64,000 nt of DNA from an uncultured Ilyobacter sp. GTDB lineage: Bacteria > Fusobacteriota > Fusobacteriia > Fusobacteriales > Fusobacteriaceae. A program made the translations under genes and the position numbers. Of this stretch, positions 12,110-21,598 are shown piece by piece (position 1 is the first letter of the stretch; the number at the start of each line of letters is the position of its first letter). Where the stretch lies: contig NZ_OY764863.2 of assembly GCF_963668515.2 (NCBI RefSeq), positions 496,719 through 560,718 of the forward strand, in the 5' to 3' direction. A model generated the notes under the pieces. The model saw nothing but the letters and a program-made list of their open reading frames with translations, did not search any database and was not told the DNA's origin.

Positions 12110-13500
12110 CTACTATATTGACATAAGACCAATATTGACATAAGACCATAATTGATCGCCATTTCATTTAATTTATGATTATTTTTTAGCAAAAATACTC
12201 CTGTAATCACGAATATTATCACATCGCTCACTGGAGCAGCAAACCAAATACCGTTCAGACCAAAATATTTTGGCAGGATAATAATCAAAGGGATAAACAA
12301 ACCTATTTGTCTGAAGATATTCAAAAACAATGATTTATTTGCCTGACCCACAGCCTGGAAGTAATTGGCCCCTATAACATAAATAGCATTAAATACAGCT
12401 AAGGCCATAAAAATTCTTATTCCCTTTATCCCTATTTCCAAAAGTTCATGATTTCCATTGTTAAAAAGATTTATGAAAAATTCTGGCGTTCTCATGATGA
12501 ATGCTGTCAAAACAAGTGAGATAATCATACCGTATAAAAGGGCCATATTAAGTATTTTTTTCACTCTATCATATTTTTGAGCCCCATAGTTATATCCCAG
12601 TAGTGGCTGTGCCCCCTGGATTATTCCAGAAAGAGTCATCATAAGAAACATAAATACGCTGTTAATGGCTCCCATAGCTCCTACGGCCATATCTCCCCCG
12701 TATATCAAGAGAGCCCTGTTGGCAAAGACCGCCACCAAACTATTGGCCAGCTGAAGGCTAAAAGGAGATATCCCGATAGAGAAGATCTCTTTTATTATTT
12801 TAAAATCAGGTTTTAGATATTTTAGTTTTAGCTTTATATTACTTCTGTCGCTGTATAGAAAATGGTATAAGACCATTATTGATCCTACTATATTTGCAAT
12901 GGCAGTTGCCATGGCAGCTCCTTTTATCCCATAGTCAAGGACAAATATAAATATAAAATCTAAAAATACATTTGTCAAAGCCCCTGCAATCATTATTATC
13001 ATAGAGAACTTTGGATTCCCTTCTGACCTCAGAAGATTATTAACCCCCATGGCTATGAAATCAAATAAAACCAAAAAGTTTATGATATAGAGATAGTCTT
13101 TTGCATACATAATGGTATTTTCAGTGGCTCCAAATATTATCATAAGTCGATCCATAAGCAGGTAACCCAATGTCATCAGAATAACACTGAATACCCCGTA
13201 GAGTGTAAACACATTTCCCAGTACATGATCGGCTTCCTCTTTTCTTCCCTGCCCAAGCCTGAGAGAAACTATACTTCCACCTCCGTGACCTACAAGCATT
13301 CCCACTGCTATATAGATTGTAAATATGGGAAAGGTAATACTGATCCCCGCCATGGCATAGGGCCCCAGACATTTTCCGATAAACATCCTGTCCACTACAT
13401 TGTACAGTGCAAACACAAGACTAGAGATTATTGCAGGTAGGGAAAATTCTATCAGAAGTTTATTTATCTTTTCTTCTCCTAATCTTTTTATTTTTTCCAA
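12022..13500 (-). CDS. MATE family efflux transporter (MepA-like) with a 42-aa read-through tail into the IS end
   Basis: N-terminus RLGEEKINKLLIEFSLPAI...YNVVDRMFIG and repeated hydrophobic segments. About 450 aa of native sequence, then IS-derived codons. Confidence 0.92.
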   Translation of the reverse strand: MEKIKRLGEEKINKLLIEFSLPAIISSLVFALYNVVDRMFIGKCLGPYAMAGISITFPIFTIYIAVGMLVGHGGGSIVSLRLGQGRKEEADHVLGNVFTLYGVFSVILMTLGYLLMDRLMIIFGATENTIMYAKDYLYIINFLVLFDFIAMGVNNLLRSEGNPKFSMIIMIAGALTNVFLDFIFIFVLDYGIKGAAMATAIANIVGSIMVLYHFLYSDRSNIKLKLKYLKPDFKIIKEIFSIGISPFSLQLANSLVAVFANRALLIYGGDMAVGAMGAINSVFMFLMMTLSGIIQGAQPLLGYNYGAQKYDRVKKILNMALLYGMIISLVLTAFIMRTPEFFINLFNNGNHELLEIGIKGIRIFMALAVFNAIYVIGANYFQAVGQANKSLFLNIFRQIGLFIPLIIILPKYFGLNGIWFAAPVSDVIIFVITGVFLLKNNHKLNEMAINYGLMSILVLCQYSSQPNTNFFCIFSNSTGEIFPKKLCLLSLL

Positions 13501-13940
13501 TCTGAACTCCCTCCATTTTCTAAATATTCCAAAATATTTGATTTCATACAGTCTACGACTTTTAAAAATATTTTTATTTCCTCCTGAGAAATGCCATGAG
13601 TCAGTACCTGCCTCTCTAAATTAATCAGTTTCTTAATCTTTTTAAAAATAAGATCTGCCTTATGAGTAGTGTAAATTTTTTTTGACCTCCTGTCATTTTC
13701 ATCTTCCTCTTTTATTATGTATCCATTTTCCACAAGTTTTTTTAAAGTCTTGGCAATGGTTGTCTTGTCCACACCCATCTTTTGAGCCAGAGCATCCTGG
13801 TTTATTCCTTTGTTTTCACTTACCTCTATCACAATTGCAAACTGACCATTCCCAAGCTGGTACTCGTTGAGATAAAAATCCAAAAATTTTCTTATCTCTA
13901 TATTTAAAAATTTTACAGTTCTTCCCAAGGGTTCTTTCAT
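13488..13940 (-). CDS. MarR family transcriptional regulator
   Basis: GINQDALAQKMGVDKTTIAKTLKKLVENGYI...DRRSKKIYTT winged HTH. Strong AGGAGG RBS before the ATG at 13940. Overlaps the MATE start. Confidence 0.93.
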   Translation of the reverse strand: MKEPLGRTVKFLNIEIRKFLDFYLNEYQLGNGQFAIVIEVSENKGINQDALAQKMGVDKTTIAKTLKKLVENGYIIKEEDENDRRSKKIYTTHKADLIFKKIKKLINLERQVLTHGISQEEIKIFLKVVDCMKSNILEYLENGGSSDWKK

Positions 13941-13957
13941 AATCTTGTCCTCCTTTT

Positions 13958-14024
13958 TTTGTTGGCTACACAACTAAATTCTTCAAAAAGAAGTTTACCA
14001 TGTTTTAGATGGGTAGTCAACTAA
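13958..14024. promoter_or_regulatory. Two putative MarR operator palindromes
   Basis: 13958-13977 (minus strand TTAGTTG-TGTAGC-CAACAAA) and 14005-14024 (TTAGATG-GGTAGT-CAACTAA), both directly upstream of marR. Confidence 0.65.
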
Positions 14025-14145
14025 TTTCAGTTTTTTGAAGCTTGTTTTTTTGGTACAAAGTTGATAGAATTGTAGGACACTTCAAAGGGCCAAAAGGGGA
14101 AGGCTTTTTTTAGCATATTCATGATTTATTATAAAGGGGGAAATT

Positions 14146-14658
14146 ATGTCTGAAAATTTAGATACTCACGGAACAGCCGAGATATGTGATATCCACAGAG
14201 AGAATATCCAGGTGTTCCAGCCTATGTCTTTCAAATCTTACGGAGGGGAAACACGTTGTAGCGGAGAGGTTGTGACAGTCTCCTTAGATGAAGACAACTC
14301 TACGTTGAAGACATTACTTCAGACTCCAGGAAATGGTCGTATTGCAGTAGTAAAGGTCACAGGAAATTTTTGCGCAGTAGTAGGTGACAATCTTTGTAAA
14401 TTTGCCATAGACAATGGATGGAGGGGAATAATTGTAGATGGCTTTGTGAGAGATACCCATATGCTGAAAACTATGCCAATGGTGGTATTAGCAGTGGGAA
14501 CTTATCCTCTCAGAAGCAGTAAAAAGTCCCAAGGTAAAATAGGGGATACACTTGAGATCGCCGGGGTCAAAGTTGATCACGGATCATATCTCTACCTAGA
14601 CGAAGACGGTATCGTAGTTACTAAAGAAAAATTTTCTGATATCAATTTTATAAAATAG
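14146..14658 (+). CDS. rraA: RraA family protein (RNase E regulator / HMG aldolase-like)
   Basis: TAEICD...SYGGETRCSGEVVTV...EDN...AVVGDNL...GWRGIIVDGFVRD matches the RraA/MenG pattern. Confidence 0.85.
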   Translation: MSENLDTHGTAEICDIHRENIQVFQPMSFKSYGGETRCSGEVVTVSLDEDNSTLKTLLQTPGNGRIAVVKVTGNFCAVVGDNLCKFAIDNGWRGIIVDGFVRDTHMLKTMPMVVLAVGTYPLRSSKKSQGKIGDTLEIAGVKVDHGSYLYLDEDGIVVTKEKFSDINFIK

Positions 14659-14679
14659 ATTATATATTTGTTAAATTAA

Positions 14680-14723
14680 AAAATCAGTCTCTGCCGAAAA
14701 TAGATTCGGTATAGACTGATTTT
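14680..14723. terminator. Bidirectional intrinsic terminator
   Basis: AAAATCAGTCT...AGACTGATTTT inverted repeat between convergent genes. Confidence 0.75.
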
Positions 14724-14726
14724 ATT

Positions 14727-15431
14727 TTACACTCCATAGAGTGAACTAATATATTCTCTTCCTGTCTTTGTCTCAAAATATTTCTTTTTAACAGTAGCAG
14801 CAGTTTCAGAACTCATATTATCTTCGTATATATTTACAAGGAAGTCAGCCTCTACAAGTATCTGAAAGTCAAGTCCATCTATCTTGTCATAGCTGTGGTG
14901 ATTTCCTATGAGATAATACACCCTTTCCTTTATTTTTTCAGGTAAGTCTATATCTTTTATGAGTTTTTTAGCTGCACCTGGCCCTTCTAATTCCTGGTAT
15001 TTTCCTGCAGATGAATTGTATTTTTCCTCACTTATCTTTATGCCTATGTCGTGGAGAATAGCAGATATTTCTAGTATCTTTTCAGAAAAATGCTGGGGCT
15101 TAGATGTAGCCACTGCAAGTTTTATCCCAGACTTTTTTAGATTAGACAAAAGAGTGTTTATATTGTGAAAAGGGATATTTTCATAGAGACCTTTTTCAGA
15201 ATATCTCTCTCTAAAGAGCTCTACCGCCTTTTCTGAATCACTCTTGGAAAATTTATAATGTCCCATAAATGTGTCCATTAGGGGAGGCCCTATAAAATGT
15301 TCTAGCTCCTTTAAAGACGGCGGTTTTATCCCCATCTTATCAAGGGCGTGACTTACCGATTTTGTTATTCCCACTCGGGAATCAGTGAGTGTACCGTCAA
15401 GGTCAAAAATAACCAGATCAAATTTTTTCAT
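14727..15431 (-). pseudogene. In-frame chimera: N-terminal HAD hydrolase fused to the C-terminal part of an HD-domain phosphohydrolase
   Basis: HAD motif I (FDLDGTL) and motif II (VATSK) are present, but motifs III/IV are absent. The sequence then switches at ILE to ISAILHDIG...GNHHS...EADFL (HD fold). Confidence 0.75.
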
Positions 15432-15555
15432 ATTATCTCCTTCTTTGTAACTCTACTTGTGCGAATTTAACCTGGAACTCTTAATATTTTTAAGAGTTCC
15501 GCTAATCCCATCCCTTTTTTTGTCATTTCAAAGATAAAAGAAATGACATCTTTTT

Positions 15556-16887
15556 TCAGCAACTTGTCTCTTCTTTCCTTTTCTTACAAATACAAGGGAT
15601 ATATAGGATAAAAGCATTTAAAATAAAGGCAGATATGATGTATATATTCCCACTTTGTCCGCCATAGATCTTCCCAAACAATGCCAGTCCTCCTCCAGCA
15701 AAAATAGCTGAAATAATATATTCTTTAGAAACTCGGTATCCTAAAATACCTAAAAAAGTTGGTATAATAAATGCCCCGGAATATACTGAAAAAGCTAAAA
15801 ATATTGAAGACAGAATAAATTGCATCTTAATGGCTATATATATTGAAAATATACCTAAAAATACTATAAATACCCTTGTGATGGCAATACTTTTCATATT
15901 TTTTAAATCTCCAATAAATATTTGTGTCAACATAGATGATGCTGTCAATAAGGTTGTATCTGCTGACGAAATCACTGCTGATAAAAGACAAAAATACATA
16001 AGTACCGCCATGGATTTTGGTAAAAATTCTTCTATTAAAAAAATCAGTGATGAATCTACAAGTCTGTCTCCAATGAGAGCTGAAGCATATATTCCTAGGG
16101 AAGATAGTATATACGCCAAGGGCAGTAAAATTATAATAGATAAAACTATCGCTTTTTTTGATGTTTTTATGTCCTTTGCACAAAATATTCTAGAATAAAT
16201 ATCTGGTCCAACAAAGAAGGTGGTTGAGTATGTGAGTAGCATAACAACTAATTCTTTATATCCAAATTTGTTATTTATTAACGGTAAGGCTTCCTTTAAA
16301 TCATAGTTGAGGTTTGTATAGATAAAACAAATAAGTAAACCAAAAATTATGAATAAAAATTGGATGAAATCTGTTTTTATTATAGAAAACTGTCCTCCTA
16401 AACAAGTATATGCGATAAAAACCAAGCCACTCAGCCAAATCCCACCTGTATAGCTAATACTCGTCATCTTAGATATAATCATTGCGGCACCCATTATTTG
16501 AGATGCTACTATCCCTGTCCACGCAATAGGAATAACAAATGAAGCAATCTTATTAACTTCTATGCCATAAAAACTGCCTAGTAATTCAGGTAGATTATAT
16601 CCCTTAAATGTTTTTAATCTTTCTAAAAGGAAATATAATACACCCAAACCTAGAGCAGCACAAATCATAAACCATGAACCGGCCCATCCATTTCTAGTAG
16701 AAAAGTTGACACTACCTATGATAGCAGAACTCCCTAATATAGTAGCAAGCAAACTACCTGTAAGGGGAAGAACGCCAGCATTGCCCCCTGCAACGTAGAA
16801 ATCTTTAGTTCCTCTAATTTTTTTATAAGATCCTATGCCCACTAAAAATATTCCTAAAATATATAAATAAAATAATAGATCATTCAT
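15556..16887 (-). CDS. Sodium:solute symporter (SSS) family protein
   Basis: DFYVAGG, YTCLGG...IIKTDFIQ and SAVISSADT motifs with many TM segments. Start at MNDLL after an AGGAG RBS. Confidence 0.88.
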   Translation of the reverse strand: MNDLLFYLYILGIFLVGIGSYKKIRGTKDFYVAGGNAGVLPLTGSLLATILGSSAIIGSVNFSTRNGWAGSWFMICAALGLGVLYFLLERLKTFKGYNLPELLGSFYGIEVNKIASFVIPIAWTGIVASQIMGAAMIISKMTSISYTGGIWLSGLVFIAYTCLGGQFSIIKTDFIQFLFIIFGLLICFIYTNLNYDLKEALPLINNKFGYKELVVMLLTYSTTFFVGPDIYSRIFCAKDIKTSKKAIVLSIIILLPLAYILSSLGIYASALIGDRLVDSSLIFLIEEFLPKSMAVLMYFCLLSAVISSADTTLLTASSMLTQIFIGDLKNMKSIAITRVFIVFLGIFSIYIAIKMQFILSSIFLAFSVYSGAFIIPTFLGILGYRVSKEYIISAIFAGGGLALFGKIYGGQSGNIYIISAFILNAFILYIPCICKKRKEETSC

Positions 16888-17047
16888 TTTTTCACTCCTT
16901 TTAACTCCCACAGCTTTTATTACTATGTCTCTACTTGTTTTAAGTATGTTGTCTAATTTGATTATTTCTTTTCATATAAAAGACTCCCAGAAAAATATAA
17001 TATAATTCTACATTAATCTGGAAGTTTATTCAAATTTTAAGGTAGAC

Positions 17048-17206
17048 TTAACTATTTTTTGAATTTTTCCAATATGAAGGATCATTATCCTTCATACAAT
17101 AAACAGTAACTCCATTTTCCATATGATGATTTATGCATTCACAGCATTTACCATGACGGACACATTTGATATTAGGGCAAGTACATTTTTCATTATTACA
17201 GCTCAT
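17048..17206 (-). CDS. Small Cys/His-rich protein (52 aa, DUF6485-like)
   Basis: Not in the ORF track. MSCNNEKCTCPNIKCVRHGKCCECINHHMENGVTVYCMKDNDPSYWKNSKNS, with AGGAG upstream. Confidence 0.7.
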   Translation of the reverse strand: MSCNNEKCTCPNIKCVRHGKCCECINHHMENGVTVYCMKDNDPSYWKNSKNS

Positions 17207-17425
17207 ATTTCATTACTCTCCTTTTTTTTAAAATTTTGTTTATATTAATTATCAGGATACAAGCGTGAAGTCACATATCTGATCTAATATAGATTAACAT
17301 TTTTAACATTGTTTAAATCTTCTAAAAATATTCTTTCGGTTTATCTTTAGTCTCCAAAATTTACCTTACAAAGTTATTAGAGTTCTTGACTCAATAATAG
17401 TTTAATACATTTTCTTCCAACTATC

Positions 17426-17441
17426 CGTGACCAACGTTACA
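17426..17441. promoter_or_regulatory. Putative Crp/Fnr-family binding site CGTGAC-N4-GTTACA
   Basis: CGTGACCAACGTTACA. A second copy with identical arms lies at 24528. Confidence 0.55.
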
Positions 17442-17585
17442 ATATCTATTTTTTTTCGGTAATTTTTTAAAAAAATATTATATGTAAAAAGACACTCCGA
17501 AGAGTGCCTTATCTAATGTATATTATATTTAAATTTGTTATTTTCCTAAATACAAAATTTGAAACAAACTCGAGTTTTATAATTT

Positions 17586-18260
17586 TCACTTCATAAATTC
17601 TTTTTCAAGTGCAGGAATATTTAAAATTTCAACTTTATCAAAAGAAATTTTTTTTATAATTTTTTGTTTTTCAAAATTTTTAAAAATACGTGAAATGACC
17701 TCTCTTACACTCCCAAGTTCCTTTGCTATAAAAGTTTTACTTTTTTCTATTTTGATAACAGTACCACCTTGTTTTTCCATTTCTTTTAGAATGTATTTAG
17801 CAACTCTTGATTTTACCGTAGGCTGTATTAGAACCTCTATAATATCCGAAAGACTAATTATCTTTTTGCTCATGTCCTTTAGAAAAAAGGTCAAAAATTC
17901 TTTATTCTGAAATAATTGAAAAACAATTTTTTTAGAAATTTCTAAAACAGTGGAGTTCTCCTGAGCAATAAGATTTGCCGGGTATTTTTCATCGTCAAAA
18001 ATAAGTACCCCGCCAAAACATTCAGGTGCTTCATAATATGCAAGAACCTGCTCTTTGCCTGTAGAGCTGTATTTTATTCCACATATTGTCCCCTTGATTA
18101 TCATACTAAGATTTTCACATCTATCCCCAAGATTATGCATTACTTGATTTTTATTTACTTCTCTTAATTTTGAATTTTTTATAAGATATTCTATCTGAGA
18201 ATCATTAAGAGTATTAAACATTGGAATGTCTTTTAAAATCTTCCTCAAGAAAATAGCCAT
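17586..18260 (-). CDS. Crp/Fnr family transcriptional regulator
   Basis: cNMP-binding domain (PECFGGVLIF) plus C-terminal HTH (FIAKELGSVREVISRIFK). Confidence 0.92.
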   Translation of the reverse strand: MAIFLRKILKDIPMFNTLNDSQIEYLIKNSKLREVNKNQVMHNLGDRCENLSMIIKGTICGIKYSSTGKEQVLAYYEAPECFGGVLIFDDEKYPANLIAQENSTVLEISKKIVFQLFQNKEFLTFFLKDMSKKIISLSDIIEVLIQPTVKSRVAKYILKEMEKQGGTVIKIEKSKTFIAKELGSVREVISRIFKNFEKQKIIKKISFDKVEILNIPALEKEFMK

Positions 18261-18466
18261 AATTTCTCCCTTTTAAACAAAATTTTTTTATAAAAAAATC
18301 CTATAAAATGTATTTACAATAACACTTAAAAGGAGCTTCATATAAAGATCTATCATTATCTTAACATAAGTTAAAAATAAAGGAGTAATTATTTATATCA
18401 AAATTTTTGTATCCCAGCATTCTATAGGGCTATTAATATTGATACCGTTAATATTTTTGAGAAAAA

Positions 18467-21400
18467 TTATTCAGTAATTTTTATTTTTTTATCCACTTTA
18501 TTTTTATCTTTTATATCTTCAAATAATGTGTATACAACAGGCACAATAAAAAGAAGGAGAAATGTAGAAGTACAGAGCCCTCCTATGACTGCAATAGCAA
18601 GGGAAGAATATTTTTCAGCTCCCACTGCAAGTTCCAAAGCCAATGGCAGCATCCCTGCTACTGTTGAAACGGTAGTCATTATTATAGCCCTGTAACGGAG
18701 GTGAGCAGCCTCTAAAATTGATTCTATTGCGCTCTTTCCCTTTTGTCTCTCTTCTATGGCAAAATCCAAGAGATGAATAGAGTCGTTGACTACAATTCCA
18801 GTAAGAAGAATTATCCCCAGCATGGTCGGCATGGACAGATACTTTCCCCCTATAAGCAGTCCAGTTACAACCCCTATAATTTCCAGAGGTATGGCAAGCA
18901 TTATAGTGAAGGGATGTAAAAAAGATCTGAACTGAGAAACCAAAATTAGATAAACAAAGATTATAGCCAATGCCAAACCTGTCAGTAGTCTTCCCAAGGA
19001 TTCCTTCATATCATCTTTTTCTCCAGATAGAACCACTGAATATCCTTGAGGAGCCTCATATTTTTCTAAAATTTTACCAATATCTTTGGTCACCTTGTTA
19101 AAAGCCCTACCTCTAGTATAACCCAGAATTTCCAGAACATTTGTCATATTTTCCCTTGTAACAAGACTTTGACCCTTTGTCATCTTCACCACTGCAAATT
19201 CACGAAGTGGAAATCTATTCCCCTGATTATTGACTATCTGTATATCTTCGATATCTTCAAAAGTGATTCTGGTGTCTTGTTTATATCTTAAATTTATGGC
19301 CACATCTTTTTTATTGGAAACCTTCATATCTTTTGATAATTCTGTCCCCTCCACTGCTTCTGCCACCTGTCTGGCAACATCTTGAGTAGAAAGACCGAAA
19401 CTGGCGATTTTTATCCTGTCCATTTCTAGGTGTAGTTCGGGATTTTCAATTGTCCAAGATGTGGTTATGTTCTCAGCACCTGGTACAAGTTTTAATTCTG
19501 GTATTAGCTCCTTTGCCATATATTCCAGAACTTCGGGATTTTCTCCTGAAAGCTTTACCACCAGGGGAGCCTTTGTTGTAGATATAGCTGTAGAACCAAG
19601 CTCTCGTACCACAAAGGATCTCAACCCGGGAATTTTCTTTATATTTTCCCTTATCTCCTCCTCTATATCCCATATAGATCTTTCCCTTTTATTTCTGTCA
19701 CTAAGAATCACGGAAATATACGACTGTTGGACACCATTTGCCCCTGTGATACTTGTGGTGTTGCTTTCGGTATCAGTTCCTATCTGACTAGAATACATCT
19801 CTATCTCACTGATATCATCAAGACTTTCCTCCACCTGTTTCGTTATCCATGAGGTTTTTTCTAAAGAAGAGCCTGGTTCTGCTTCCATGGAAATATATAT
19901 CTGCCCGCTATCCATCACAGGTACCATCTCCATCCCTATAAGAGGTATCATATTTAAGGATATGATAAGTAAACCTATCCCAAAAGCAATGACGACGGGC
20001 CTGTATTTGAGAGCTATTTTGAGATACTTAAGGTATCTACCTTTGGAATTATCTAAAAATTTAATAAATGTTTTCCCCACCCAGTTCATGACCTTTAATA
20101 TTTTAAACTCTTTTTTTCTGACATCTGATTTTAAAACCAAAGACATCACAATAGGTATAACAGTTAGAGATACTATAAGAGAACCGGTCCATGCAAAAAA
20201 AAGTGTCATGGATATTGGCCTGAACAACTTCTCAATAAAGCCCCCTGCAAACATAACTGGGACAACCACTACCATAGATGTAAGAGATCCGCTTAAATTT
20301 GACACTCCCACCTCATTAGTCCCTTCCAGAGCAGCCTTCAAAGGCTGTTTCCCCAGCTCCTCATAATGTCTGGTAATATTTTCTATCACCAAAATAGAAT
20401 CATCCACCAGCATTCCTATGGACAGAAGCAGGGCAGTCATAGTGGTAGAATTCAGGGTAAGTCCTGACAACTTCATAAGAGCCAGGGTGAAAACAAAGGT
20501 AACAGGTATTGATATACATACAGCCAGAGTATTTCGCCATTTATTTAAAAAGAGAAAGATAACGAAAATAGTCAAAATTATCCCCTGAAATATACTTCCA
20601 GCCAGGTTGTTTACAACAAGTTCTATAAGTGTTGACTGGTCATCTACAATAACAAAATCAACCTCAGGATATTCTTTTCTGAGAAAATTAAGTGTGGCTT
20701 TTGATTTTTTTATTACTTCGATGGTATTGGAATCACGCTGTTTTATTATATTGATAGCCACACCCTCTGTTTTCCCCATGGTATAAAAAGATCCCCTCTG
20801 ATCCTCATAATGATCTCTTATTTCGGCTACTTCATCCAAATACACAAGTCCTTCTGAGGATTCTCCTATAACTATTTTTTTCATGGGTTTCAGAGAATCA
20901 TATTGAGCTGGAGTTCTTATAAGTAGTTCTGTGTTTGATCTTGTGGTCCTCCCTCCTGGAATGACTATATTTTCACTGTTGACTTTGGAAACAACCTCAG
21001 AAAGAGGTATATTAAAGGCAGCAAGTTTATCCTTATCTATACTTATTTCGATTTCACGTTTCTTCCCTCCGAAAACATCCACAGAAGCCACACCCTTTAC
21101 CAGTTGGAGTCTGTCACTTATCTCATTATCTGCAAGTGTCCTCATCTCTTCCAAAGGAAAGGGACCGTTTACTGCAATTGTCAGTATAGGGGTATCTTCT
21201 GAACTTATTTTTTTGATTTGAGGTTCATCTATATCTGAAGGGAGCTGGTCCCTCACCAGATTAACGACATTTTGTACCTCCACAGCGGCCACATCCAGGT
21301 CTTTATCATAGTCAAATTCCGCAGTTACTACTGATCTCCCTTCCATAGCTTTTGAGGTAATCTTCTTAACCCCCTCTACAATTCCCAGTTTCTCTTCAAT

Positions 21401-21598
21401 AGGCTCATTTATAAGTGTCCCTATATCTGAGGAAGATACCCCACTATAGGTTGTAAATACACTTACCACCACGGGATCCACATCTGGATTCAGCTCCGTT
21501 TTCATCGTAAAAAAAGAACTTACCCCCAAAAGGACAATGGCTATGGTAATGGCAAGGGTTGTATAGAGGTGTTTTATTGAAAGATCAGTTAAGGTCAT
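18467..21598 (-). CDS. RND efflux transporter permease (AcrB/AcrD/AcrF family)
   Basis: About 1040 aa with GMLVDDSILVIENI, GIVVNDSIHL and RYRAIIMTT motifs. Confidence 0.95.
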   Translation of the reverse strand: MTLTDLSIKHLYTTLAITIAIVLLGVSSFFTMKTELNPDVDPVVVSVFTTYSGVSSSDIGTLINEPIEEKLGIVEGVKKITSKAMEGRSVVTAEFDYDKDLDVAAVEVQNVVNLVRDQLPSDIDEPQIKKISSEDTPILTIAVNGPFPLEEMRTLADNEISDRLQLVKGVASVDVFGGKKREIEISIDKDKLAAFNIPLSEVVSKVNSENIVIPGGRTTRSNTELLIRTPAQYDSLKPMKKIVIGESSEGLVYLDEVAEIRDHYEDQRGSFYTMGKTEGVAINIIKQRDSNTIEVIKKSKATLNFLRKEYPEVDFVIVDDQSTLIELVVNNLAGSIFQGIILTIFVIFLFLNKWRNTLAVCISIPVTFVFTLALMKLSGLTLNSTTMTALLLSIGMLVDDSILVIENITRHYEELGKQPLKAALEGTNEVGVSNLSGSLTSMVVVVPVMFAGGFIEKLFRPISMTLFFAWTGSLIVSLTVIPIVMSLVLKSDVRKKEFKILKVMNWVGKTFIKFLDNSKGRYLKYLKIALKYRPVVIAFGIGLLIISLNMIPLIGMEMVPVMDSGQIYISMEAEPGSSLEKTSWITKQVEESLDDISEIEMYSSQIGTDTESNTTSITGANGVQQSYISVILSDRNKRERSIWDIEEEIRENIKKIPGLRSFVVRELGSTAISTTKAPLVVKLSGENPEVLEYMAKELIPELKLVPGAENITTSWTIENPELHLEMDRIKIASFGLSTQDVARQVAEAVEGTELSKDMKVSNKKDVAINLRYKQDTRITFEDIEDIQIVNNQGNRFPLREFAVVKMTKGQSLVTRENMTNVLEILGYTRGRAFNKVTKDIGKILEKYEAPQGYSVVLSGEKDDMKESLGRLLTGLALAIIFVYLILVSQFRSFLHPFTIMLAIPLEIIGVVTGLLIGGKYLSMPTMLGIILLTGIVVNDSIHLLDFAIEERQKGKSAIESILEAAHLRYRAIIMTTVSTVAGMLPLALELAVGAEKYSSLAIAVIGGLCTSTFLLLFIVPVVYTLFEDIKDKNKVDKKIKITE

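Larger units (their letters stand above)
10856..12131 (+). mobile_element. IS3-family insertion sequence (about 1.28 kb)
   Basis: TG...CA ends with imperfect 25-bp IRs: TGGTGTTATGATGGTTTAGTAGACA (10856) versus the reverse complement of 12107-12131, TGGTCTTATGTCAATATAGTAGTCA. Has orfA/orfB organisation. Confidence 0.95.
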
